This document shows, piece after piece, positions 28,074-36,665 of a stretch of 64,000 nt of DNA. The position numbers and the translations under genes are program-made. The notes below the pieces were generated by a model. It was not told the DNA's origin, did no database searches, and saw only the letters and a list, made by a program, of their open reading frames with translations. This DNA is from a bacterium (GTDB taxonomy: Bacteria > UBA8248), in the NCBI GenBank assembly GCA_965199855.1, contig OZ241326.1, positions 1,632,001 through 1,696,000 on the forward strand, in the 5' to 3' direction. Each line of letters starts with the position of its first letter. Position 1 is the first letter of the stretch.

Positions 28074-29072
28074 ATGAGGGATCGTCTCGGTTTCTGGCTT
28101 CTCTCGTTCACGGATATTTCATTCCGGGGCATGGCGGAGGCCGCGAGGCTCGGGGAGGAGCTGGGCTACGCCCGCGTCTATGCGACGGAATCCCTCACGG
28201 ACGCCCTCGCCATCAACCAGCTGATGGCGACTTATACTTCGGAGATAGAAATCGGCAGTTCCGTCGCCATCATCTACCTGCGCCACGCCTCCATGGCCGC
28301 CCAGGGCGCCGCGGCCATCAATGAGATCTCCGGCGGCCGCTACATTCTGGGTCTGGGCCTCGGGCATCCGCCGCGCGTCAGGGCGATGGGAATAGAGCCG
28401 GGGAATCCGCTCGCGGACATGCGGAAATACGTCGGCGAGGTGAGGGGGGTGCTGGAGGGCGAATCCGTGTATCCGCTACCCCTTCAGACCTATCAGGGGA
28501 AGGAGCTGAAGTTCAGGCGCTCGAAATATCCGACGCGGATATTCATGGCGGCCGTCGGCCCCGGGATGACGGCGCTCGGCGGGGAGATAGCCGACGGTCT
28601 GCTGCCCTACATGGTTCCGCTCTCGCGGATGGGCGCCTACCTGGAGGCGAGAAGCAAGGGGGCGCAGCGCGCGCGCAGAGACCCGCGTGAGGTCGAAATC
28701 GACCTTGGCGTCCATACCTTCCTCTCCGGGGACCTCGCCCTCGCCAGGGAGACCGCCCGCCAGACCCTCACGTATTGGCTGGGACTTCCCGCCTACAACC
28801 GCTCGATTCGGGAAAGCGGCTACGAGGAGGAGGCGGCGCGCATCAAGGCGGCCTTCGAGCGCGGCGATCAGAAGGCGCTGAGAGAGGGCATCACCGACGC
28901 GGTCATCGACGAGTTCTGCATCGTCGGCCCGCCGGAGAGGTGCCGGGAGCGTCTGGCCGCATTCCGGGAGGCGGGGGCGGACCTGCCGGTTCTGATGATA
29001 GACCCGACGCCGGCGGGCGCGGACTACCGGGAGGCGGTCGAGAGCGCGCTCAAGGCGCTGGCGCCGCGATGA
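28074..29072 (+). CDS. Luciferase-like (LLM) flavin/F420-dependent oxidoreductase
   Basis: SGGRYILGLGLG, IFMAAVGPGM, GEIADG, IVGPPERCRERL. Confidence 0.87.
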   Translation: MRDRLGFWLLSFTDISFRGMAEAARLGEELGYARVYATESLTDALAINQLMATYTSEIEIGSSVAIIYLRHASMAAQGAAAINEISGGRYILGLGLGHPPRVRAMGIEPGNPLADMRKYVGEVRGVLEGESVYPLPLQTYQGKELKFRRSKYPTRIFMAAVGPGMTALGGEIADGLLPYMVPLSRMGAYLEARSKGAQRARRDPREVEIDLGVHTFLSGDLALARETARQTLTYWLGLPAYNRSIRESGYEEEAARIKAAFERGDQKALREGITDAVIDEFCIVGPPERCRERLAAFREAGADLPVLMIDPTPAGADYREAVESALKALAPR

Positions 29073-30271
29073 GAGCGGACGGCAAGCCCTCTTTGCGGAC
29101 TCTGCCCTGGGCGGGGACGGGCCTCATCTTCTTCACGCATTTCGTGGTGGACAGCCAGGCGAACTTCTTCGCCCCCCTCGTCCCGCTGCTGCGGGAGAAG
29201 CTGGGGATGAGCATCACCACGGTCGGGTTCCTGATTTCCCTCCAGTCGATAAGCGGCTCCATCTCGCAGCCCCTCACCGGCGTGGTCATCGACAGGTGGC
29301 CCTGGCTGCCCTGGCTCGCCGTCGGCCTCATCGGCAGCTCCCTCGCCTTCACGGCGATCGGCTGGGTGACGAACGTCTATGGTCTGGCCGCCGCCCTCGC
29401 CCTGGGCGGCGTTCTGTTCGGGCTGTGCCATCCGGACATGGCCGCGCGCGCGGGCAGACTGAGCTCCGAACACGCGGGCTTCATCGTCAGCCTGTTCGTC
29501 ACGGGCGGCAGGCTGGGCTTCGCGTTCGGCCCGCTCATCGCCATTTTCATCGCCGAGACGCTGGGCATGGAGCATTTGTGGGTGTTCGTCCTCGTGGCGA
29601 TGGCGGCCATGGCGGGCGTGCGGCTGGGGATGCCCGCGCCTCCCCGCAGGGAGAAGGGGGGAGAAGCCGGGGACGGACGGGAGAGCCTGGCGGCGGCGCT
29701 CCGGCGCGTTCGCGCCCCCATTCTGTTGCTATGCGGCGTGGCCGTCGTCCGGGGAACGACCCTGGCGAACCTGGGGGGATTCCTGCCCGCGGTCTTTTTC
29801 GAGAAGGGCCTGGGACTCTGGCGGGGCGGCATGGCGAACACGATCATTTTCTTCTCGGGCGCCGTCGGGGTGATGCTGGGCGGCATCCTGGGGGACAGAT
29901 ACGGAAAGCCGAGAGTCATCACCATCGGCGTCGGATGCGCCCTGGCCGGGATGCTGGCGTTTCAGCTGCTGCCGCTTGAGTGGTCCTACGCGCCGCTCGC
30001 CGTCATCGGCGCGGGCGTGTTCGCGCCGATGGGAGTGTCCGTCGCCCTGGCGCAGGAGTATCTGCCCCGGCACCGGGGCTTCGCGAGCTCGCTGATGCTG
30101 GGCGGCGGCTGGATATTCGCGGGGCTGACGGCGATCCCCCTTTCCCTGCTCGGGGAGAGAATCGGGATGCTGAACGCCTTCTGGACGATTCCGGCGATTC
30201 TGCTCGCGGGCGTCGTCTTGGCGCTGGCGCTCCAAAGACGTCATCCGGCGCCGCCCGTCGAGGCGGCCTGA
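29069..30271 (+). CDS. MFS transporter (Fsr-like)
   Basis: THFVVDS, QPLTGVVIDR, HPD, SLFVTGG, GGILGDRYG, AQEYLP; ATG overlaps the LLM stop. Confidence 0.87.
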   Translation: MRADGKPSLRTLPWAGTGLIFFTHFVVDSQANFFAPLVPLLREKLGMSITTVGFLISLQSISGSISQPLTGVVIDRWPWLPWLAVGLIGSSLAFTAIGWVTNVYGLAAALALGGVLFGLCHPDMAARAGRLSSEHAGFIVSLFVTGGRLGFAFGPLIAIFIAETLGMEHLWVFVLVAMAAMAGVRLGMPAPPRREKGGEAGDGRESLAAALRRVRAPILLLCGVAVVRGTTLANLGGFLPAVFFEKGLGLWRGGMANTIIFFSGAVGVMLGGILGDRYGKPRVITIGVGCALAGMLAFQLLPLEWSYAPLAVIGAGVFAPMGVSVALAQEYLPRHRGFASSLMLGGGWIFAGLTAIPLSLLGERIGMLNAFWTIPAILLAGVVLALALQRRHPAPPVEAA

Positions 30272-30585
30272 GGGGGCGTCCGGCGGAACGAATCCGCAGA
30301 GAGCCGGCCGGGCCTGGCGATGCGGGCTTCACGCCCCGCGCGGCCGGCGCCGTTTCCCGTGGATCAGGGGTTCGTGGTAGGTTTTCCGAAATCGGAAGGT
30401 AAATCGGCGAGCAGCGGATGCGCGGCGGGATGCGAATGCGCCCGGAATCGTGCTAGAATGCCCCGACAAGGGACAGGACAATAACGCGGCGCGCGGCTTC
30501 CGGCTTCGCTTCCAAACGGCGGATTTTCCGCTTTGTTCTCGTGTGGGCGCCTTCGGGCGCGCGGATTCAAAAGGAGGATTTCGCA

Positions 30586-31581
30586 ATGAAGAAGGGGAGC
30601 ATCTCTCTCGTCGCCGCCGCGCTCGCCGCGGCGGTTCTGCTGGCCGCGGCTTCGGCGAGCGCGGCGCCTTTCCGCATCGGACACCATCGCGCCGTGATGG
30701 GCTCCGTCACCGTCGTGGCCTACAAGATGGGCTACTTCGATGAGACCATCGGAAAGGGCAAGTATACGGTCAAGCAGTTTCCCCAGGGCAAGCTGATGCG
30801 CCAGGCGATTCTGGCGAACTCCCTCGACGTGGGCGGCGCGGCGGATCGCGCGTTTCTCTCCGCCATCGCGAAGGGGGCGAACGCGCCCGGCATAGCGAAC
30901 GCCAACTACTGGTGCCGCTCGAACAAGATTCTCACCTCGCCCGGCTCGCCCATCAAGACCCTGCGCGACTTGAAGGGCAAGAGGCTCGGCATCGGCAAGG
31001 CGACGGGCTCGTATTTCACGCTGACGACCTTCATCCTGCCGAAATACGGCCTGAGCGAGAAGGACTTCACCACCGTGAACATGAACACGGACACCCGCAT
31101 GGCGGCGCTCAAGTCCCGCACGGTGGACATGATCGGCCTGAACAACCCCCAGGCGGCCATCGCCATCGACAGGGGCTGGGCGCGCACGGTGGAGACCTAT
31201 TGCAAATACGCGAACAACCTGTGGATTCTCATGGCCAACGGAAAGACCCTGAAGAGCGACAAGGACGCCTACGTGAAGTTTCTGCGGGGCTACATCCGGG
31301 GCATGAGGCTGCACAAGGAGAACCGCGCCAAGTTCTCGAGCGTCTATCTCCGGCACCTCCAGTCGAAGGGCTCGAAGGTGAAGCAGAAAATCGTCGAGGC
31401 TTCCGTCGGCGACCTGGACTTCGGCCTTCTGCCCACCGAGACGGACTACAAGTGGTTCGACTTCATGGGCGAGGTGCTCGTGAAGAAGCGCAAGGCGAAG
31501 CGCGTGGTCGATCTTCGCAAGGAAGGCATGGAGCTGAGCATGGTGAAAAAGGCCATCGCCGCCGAGGGCTGGAAGAACTAG
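30586..31581 (+). CDS. ABC transporter substrate-binding protein (SsuA/TauA/NMT1-like)
   Basis: Signal peptide; SPIKTLRDLKGKRLG; AGGAGG RBS; no permease or ATPase adjacent. Confidence 0.85.
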   Translation: MKKGSISLVAAALAAAVLLAAASASAAPFRIGHHRAVMGSVTVVAYKMGYFDETIGKGKYTVKQFPQGKLMRQAILANSLDVGGAADRAFLSAIAKGANAPGIANANYWCRSNKILTSPGSPIKTLRDLKGKRLGIGKATGSYFTLTTFILPKYGLSEKDFTTVNMNTDTRMAALKSRTVDMIGLNNPQAAIAIDRGWARTVETYCKYANNLWILMANGKTLKSDKDAYVKFLRGYIRGMRLHKENRAKFSSVYLRHLQSKGSKVKQKIVEASVGDLDFGLLPTETDYKWFDFMGEVLVKKRKAKRVVDLRKEGMELSMVKKAIAAEGWKN

Positions 31582-31605
31582 AGACTCCAAAGCGCGCGAA
31601 AGCGG

Positions 31606-31640
31606 AAAGGGCCGCGGCTCGCAAGCCGCGGCCCTTTCTC
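31606..31640. terminator. Bidirectional terminator hairpin
   Basis: aaagggccgcggct-cgca-agccgcggcccttt, perfect 14-bp stem between convergent genes. Confidence 0.8.
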
Positions 31641-31693
31641 TTCGGCCTTTCGAGGGAGGAGTTGCGCCGCCTTCCCGCTCCCGGCGCCCGCGG

Positions 31694-32353
31694 CTACGAC
31701 GGCTGCCTGACGACCCGGATGTAGGGAAGAGGCGTCTCCCAGCCGTCGGGATATTTCTCCCGCGCCTCCTCGTCCGAGACGGCGGGGAGGATGATCACGT
31801 CCTCGCCCTGCTCCCAGTTCGCCGGCGTCGCCACCTGCTCCTTCGCCGTCAGCTGGCAGGAGTCGAGCAGGCGCAGGATTTCGCCGAAATTCCGGCCGGT
31901 GCTCATCGGGTAGGTGAGCGTCGCCTTGATCCTCTTGTCCGGCCCGATGACGAACACCGAGCGCGCCGTCGCGTTGTGGACGGCCGATCTGCCCTCGGAG
32001 GAGTCGCCGGCGTCGGCGGGCAGCATGTCGTAGGTCTTGACGATGCTGAGCTCCGGGTCGCCGATGAGGGGATAGTTCACGGCGTGGCCCTGCGCGCGCT
32101 CGATGTCCTTCGACCACTTCTCATGGTCGGAGACGCCGTCCACGCTGACGCCGATGATCTTGCAGTTCCGCCTCTCGAACTCGGGCTTGAGGCCGGCCAT
32201 CGTCCCCAGCTCCGTGGTGCAGACCGGCGTGAAGTCCTTGGGATGCGAGAACAGGATGGCCCAGCCCTCGCCGATCCATTCATGGAAGCGGATGGGCCCC
32301 TCGGTCGTGTCGGCCGAAAAATCCGGCGCTTCGTCGTTGATTCTGAGCGTCAT
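31694..32353 (-). CDS. 1-Cys peroxiredoxin (Prx6 subfamily)
   Basis: FSHPKDFTPVCTTE, YPMSTGRNF, VATPANW. Confidence 0.95.
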   Translation of the reverse strand: MTLRINDEAPDFSADTTEGPIRFHEWIGEGWAILFSHPKDFTPVCTTELGTMAGLKPEFERRNCKIIGVSVDGVSDHEKWSKDIERAQGHAVNYPLIGDPELSIVKTYDMLPADAGDSSEGRSAVHNATARSVFVIGPDKRIKATLTYPMSTGRNFGEILRLLDSCQLTAKEQVATPANWEQGEDVIILPAVSDEEAREKYPDGWETPLPYIRVVRQPS

Positions 32354-32555
32354 TGTCCCTTTCCCCTTGAAAAAAGTATTGGATGAGTTGCGGCATGGAT
32401 TCACCGCGCGCGAAACCGCCAAGCGAAATATACCCCGCTCCCTCGCTCCGCGCAACTTCCGCGCGGCGTTGGGGAGGAAAAAAGCGGCCTTGGGCGGGTG
32501 GCCGGGGCCTCCCGCAGGAGTATGGAGGACTCGGGCGGCGGTTCGCGGCGAGAGG

Positions 32556-32629
32556 TGGCTGGGGGAGGAGGATTCGAACCTCCGTACCCAGATCCAGAGT
32601 CTGGTGTCCTGCCGCTAGACGATCCCCCA
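32556..32629 (-). tRNA. tRNA-Gln(CUG)
   Basis: TGGGGGATCGTCTAGCGGCAGGACACCAGACTCTGGATCTGGGTACGGAGGTTCGAATCCTCCTCCCCCAGCCA; cloverleaf, CTG anticodon, U1-A72, encoded CCA. Confidence 0.96.
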
Positions 32630-32690
32630 GCGCGACCGGGATGTTTATATGCGGGAGGCTCCGGTTCGTCAAGGAAGGCGGCGAGGCGCG

Positions 32691-34100
32691 CTATCGGGCG
32701 ATTCGGGCGAGGGCGGCGTCGAGGCGGCGGACGGCCGCCTCCCTGCCGAGGAGGCCGAGCGTCTCGAAAATGCCGGGGCTCACGGTTCCGCCCGTGACGG
32801 CGACGCGCGCGGGCTGGGCCAGCTTGCCGAGCTTGAGACCCTCCTCCTCCAGGACGCGCTCGAAGGCGGACTTCACGGCTTCGGTCGAGAACGTCTCGAT
32901 TCGGACGAGTTCGCCGCGCAGCTTCGCCAGCGCGCCCGATATTTCCGGCGTGAGGAATTTCGCCGCGGCCTTCCCGTCGATTTCGACTTCCTCCTCGAAG
33001 AAGAACCGCGCGCCCTCCGCCATGTCCTCCAGGGTTTCCGAGCGCGTTCTGAGCTCCTCGACGACGCCCCGGCGCGCCTCGCGCGTCAGCGCGTCCGGCG
33101 AGAGACCCCGCGCGCGGAGCCCCTCGTCCAGCGCCTCGACCAGAAAGTCGCCGTCGGCGCCCTTGACGTATTCCTGGTTCAGCCAGAGCAGCTTCTCCGG
33201 GTTGAAGACGGCGGCGGCGCGGTTCAGACCTTCGAGGGAGAAATGCTCGACAATCTCCCCGCGGGAGAATATCTCCTGATCCCCGAGGCTCCACCCGAGC
33301 CGTGCGAGGTAGTTGATGAGCGCCTCGGGCAGAAAGCCCCGCTCCCTGTATTCGAGCACCGAGTTCGCGCCGTGCCGCTTGGAGAGCCTCTTTTTGTCGG
33401 GGCCCAGGATCATCGAGATGTGCGCGAACGCGGGCGTCGGCTCGTTCAGGGCGCGATAGACGAGAACCTGCCTGGGCGTGTTCGAGAGGTGGTCGTTGCC
33501 GCGTATGACGTGGGTGATCCCCATGTCGATGTCGTCCACCGCCACGCAGAAGTTGTAGGTGGGCGAGCCGTCGGTGCGGACGATCACCATGTCGTCCAGC
33601 TGCTCGTTCTCGAAGGCGACCTCGCCGGCGAGGAGGTCGGCGACGCTCGTCCGTCCGCCCTCGGGGACGCGAAGCCGCAGGCAGAAGGGCGCGTCCGGCT
33701 CCTTGTCGTAGCGATCCCGGCAGGTTCCGTCGTATTTGGGCGTCCTTCCCGCGGCGCGCGCCCGCTCGCGCATGGCGTCCACCTCCTCGGGCGCGCAGGT
33801 GCAGCGGTAGGCGGCGCCGGAGGCGAGGAGTTTTTCCGCGGCCTCCCTGTAGACGTCCATGCGCCGCGACTGGCGGTAGGGCCCCTCGTCCCATTCGAGT
33901 CCCAGCCAGTCGAACGCCTCGAGAATCGCGTCGTAGTATTCTTCCGTGGAGCGCCGCCGGTCGGTGTCCTCGATTCTCAGGATGGCCGCGCCCCCGTGGC
34001 GCCGCGCGAAGAACCAGTTGAACAGCGCGGTGCGCGCCCCGCCCAGGTGGAGGTGTCCCGTGTTCGAGGGGGCGAAGCGGACGCGGACGCCGTTTTTCAT
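32691..34100 (-). CDS. gltX: Glutamate-tRNA ligase
   Basis: VRVRFAPSNTGHLHLGGARTALFNW, LRIEDTD, YRCTC, VIRGNDH, KRLSKR, LARLGWS. Confidence 0.96.
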   Translation of the reverse strand: MKNGVRVRFAPSNTGHLHLGGARTALFNWFFARRHGGAAILRIEDTDRRRSTEEYYDAILEAFDWLGLEWDEGPYRQSRRMDVYREAAEKLLASGAAYRCTCAPEEVDAMRERARAAGRTPKYDGTCRDRYDKEPDAPFCLRLRVPEGGRTSVADLLAGEVAFENEQLDDMVIVRTDGSPTYNFCVAVDDIDMGITHVIRGNDHLSNTPRQVLVYRALNEPTPAFAHISMILGPDKKRLSKRHGANSVLEYRERGFLPEALINYLARLGWSLGDQEIFSRGEIVEHFSLEGLNRAAAVFNPEKLLWLNQEYVKGADGDFLVEALDEGLRARGLSPDALTREARRGVVEELRTRSETLEDMAEGARFFFEEEVEIDGKAAAKFLTPEISGALAKLRGELVRIETFSTEAVKSAFERVLEEEGLKLGKLAQPARVAVTGGTVSPGIFETLGLLGREAAVRRLDAALARIAR

Positions 34101-34283
34101 CGAATGCCTCATCCTTTGCCGCCGCGCGGCGGACCCCGCGCGGCAAGGGGAGGATTCTAGGGATGGTTCGCGGGCGATTGCAAGACGCCCGGCCGGGCGC
34201 GGCGGCGCCCTTGCGGACGGCGGCTGAAAAGGCGAAAGATTCGGTGGGGAGCCTCGAAAACAGGAACGGGGAGGAGCGCGAAG

Positions 34284-34613
34284 ATGCCGTATTTCTACGA
34301 TCTTGCGGAAATCGAGCCGCAAAGGATGCCGGGGAGGGAGCGCAGGCTCGTCGTGGGCGAGAACGTGATGATGCTCTTCATCGAAAGAGAGGGCGGGACG
34401 GAGCAGGAGCACAGCCACGACGTGGAGCAGCTCGTCTATCTGGTGAAGGGCGAGGCCGCGTTCACCGTGGCCGGCGAGACGCGGAAGATCAGGGCGGGGC
34501 AGGTGGTTCACATCCCCAAGGGCGTCCCGCACCGGCTGGACGCGCCGACGCCCATCACCTACATCGGCGTCTATTCGCCCCTGCGCGAGGAGGCCATTCG
34601 CGCGGAGGCGTGA
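34284..34613 (+). CDS. Cupin domain protein
   Basis: EHSHDVEQ...G.....GE....IPKGVPH metal-binding cupin motifs. Confidence 0.88.
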   Translation: MPYFYDLAEIEPQRMPGRERRLVVGENVMMLFIEREGGTEQEHSHDVEQLVYLVKGEAAFTVAGETRKIRAGQVVHIPKGVPHRLDAPTPITYIGVYSPLREEAIRAEA

Positions 34614-34637
34614 GCGCCGCCCCGGAGGGCTCGGGCG

Positions 34638-35033
34638 CTAGTCGGGGGGCGTCCATCCCTCGGCCTCGAGCTCCTCCATCGCCTCCAGCATGCAGGTGAC
34701 CCCGTAGGTCAGCGCCTTGGAGCCCGACGGGTTCACGCAGACCATGAGCGCCTCGGCGATCTCCTCAGGATGGAGACCCAGCTGAAGCCCCTTCTTCAGA
34801 TGCTGCCTGAGGTGCGGTTGGTTGTGCGGGTTCGAGCCCTCGACGGCGAGGGCGAGAATGTGAAACAGCTCGTGCATCCGCTCGTCGAACCTTCTCGTCT
34901 TCGCGCGGATGACCTCGTCCAGACGCAACAGCGCCTCCATGTAGTCGGGAAACTTCTCGGCGATGAACGCATGGGCCGGGTATCTGCGCCCCCGTCGCGC
35001 GGCGATTTCATCGGCCAGGCTTTTCTCCGGCAT
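34638..35033 (-). CDS. Carboxymuconolactone decarboxylase-like protein
   Basis: FDERMHELFHILALAV...HLKKGLQLGLHPEEIAEAL pattern; start MPEKSL after GGAGG. Confidence 0.7.
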   Translation of the reverse strand: MPEKSLADEIAARRGRRYPAHAFIAEKFPDYMEALLRLDEVIRAKTRRFDERMHELFHILALAVEGSNPHNQPHLRQHLKKGLQLGLHPEEIAEALMVCVNPSGSKALTYGVTCMLEAMEELEAEGWTPPD

Positions 35034-35174
35034 GGCGGCCTCCCGTTCGGTTCGGGGAATCATTCGGCTTCGTCGAAAAATCAAGATCGTCCCGCAAAGG
35101 CTTTCTTCCTGTCATGAAGCGGGTCCGGCGGGACGCTCCCGAGCGCGCGGCCGGCGCGGTTTCTCGCTGTCGTC

Positions 35175-36491
35175 TCATAGACGATCTTCGCCGCCCCCGC
35201 CCCCTTGGGAGGGAGCGAGCGCCGCCTCCGGCCTCCCGGGTTCGGGCGTCAGCCAGAGCAGGGCGCCTCCCAGGAGAAAAAAGACGAGAATGGAGAGTAT
35301 CGCCGTTCTCTGGTCCCCCGTGAGAGCGGAGACGCCGCCGAAGACGATCGGCCCCAGCACCGAGCTCATCTTGCCGCAAACGCCGTAGAAGGAGAACGAC
35401 TGCGCGGATTTTTCCTCGGGGACGTAGGCGGCCATCAGCGCCCTGCTCGCCGACTGGCTGGAGCCGAGGGAAAGCCCCGCCAGCAGGGAGACGCCCAGGA
35501 ATACGGATTTCGAGCTCGTGAAATAGGCGATGACGACGACGGCGCACCAGTTCGCCAGCGTCAGCAGTATGGTTTTCCGCGCGCCCCAGGCGTCCGTCAG
35601 GTAGCCGAGGGCGAACGCGCCGACGCCGGCGGATACCTGCACGGCGAGAAAGAGGTACAGCACCTCGCCCATGGAGAAGGCCAGGGTGGAGACCGCGTAG
35701 ATGGAGCTGAAGGAGATGACGGTGACGACCCCGTCGTTGTAGAGGAAAAAGGCCAGCAGGAATCGGAGCGCGCCCGGGGTTTTCCTCATGCCGCGCAGCG
35801 TGCGCAGCAGCTCGGCGAAGGCGCCCCGCCCGCCCGGCGCGGATTTCGGCGCCGCCTCGCGCAGCCAGAAGATGACCGGAAGGGTGAAGAGGCCGTAGAA
35901 CCCGGCGACCGCGAGAAAGCTCGCGCGGAACCAGGGGAGATTCTCCGCCGAGAAGCCTCCGTCGAGAAAGGGCTTGACCAGGAAGAGGCAGAGCAGCCCG
36001 CCCGCGTAGCCCAGCCCCCAGCCCCAGCCGCTGATTTTCCCGACGCTGGCCGGGGTGGAGATGTCGGGCAGGAAGGAGTTGTAGAAGATGAGGGAGCCCT
36101 CGAACGCGGCGGCGGCGAGGATGAAGAGCAGCATTCCGGCGAGGATCATGCCGGCGGTCACGCTCGCCAGCAGGGCGGTGGCGAGGACGCAGACGCAGGC
36201 GTAGAGGAGCAGAAAGCGCTTGCGGGCGCCCCGCCCGTCCGCCGCGGTGCTCAGGGGAAGGGCGGTGGCCACGCTGGCGATCATGGCGAGCGCGAGCGCC
36301 AGCCCCCACAGGAAGTCCGCGCTTCCGCCGCCTCCGGCCACGACTTGCTTGAAATAGACGCTGTAGGCGACGGTGACGATGAGGGTGGGGAAGGCCGAAT
36401 TGGCGAAGTCGTACATGCACCAGGAGAAAATTTCCCGGCCCTGGCCCGGCCTCTTTGGGTTCGCGTTCGGCTCGCCGGCGTTCTTCTTCAT
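35175..36491 (-). CDS. MFS transporter (UMF1 family)
   Basis: SWCMYDFANSAF, FYNSFLPDI, SGWGWGLGYAGG, LYNDGV, QSASRAL. Confidence 0.9.
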   Translation of the reverse strand: MKKNAGEPNANPKRPGQGREIFSWCMYDFANSAFPTLIVTVAYSVYFKQVVAGGGGSADFLWGLALALAMIASVATALPLSTAADGRGARKRFLLLYACVCVLATALLASVTAGMILAGMLLFILAAAAFEGSLIFYNSFLPDISTPASVGKISGWGWGLGYAGGLLCLFLVKPFLDGGFSAENLPWFRASFLAVAGFYGLFTLPVIFWLREAAPKSAPGGRGAFAELLRTLRGMRKTPGALRFLLAFFLYNDGVVTVISFSSIYAVSTLAFSMGEVLYLFLAVQVSAGVGAFALGYLTDAWGARKTILLTLANWCAVVVIAYFTSSKSVFLGVSLLAGLSLGSSQSASRALMAAYVPEEKSAQSFSFYGVCGKMSSVLGPIVFGGVSALTGDQRTAILSILVFFLLGGALLWLTPEPGRPEAALAPSQGGGGGEDRL

Positions 36492-36665
36492 GCGGACGCT
36501 TTACCGGAATGAAGAGCGGGCTGGATGAAAAAGCCCTCATAATGCGAGAGGCAATCGCAAAACCCTCGCATTCTGCTACTATACCCCATCGGGAGGTCAT
36601 CTGGAATCGCGCGCGCGTTCCGATGACCCGCAAGCCGCTTTCGGGTTTTCCCGCGTGAGTCTTTC

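Noticed and set aside
32556-32629. tRNA-Gln as a prophage or island attachment site
   Set aside because: No duplicated tRNA 3' end or integrase seen; flanking genes are host-like.
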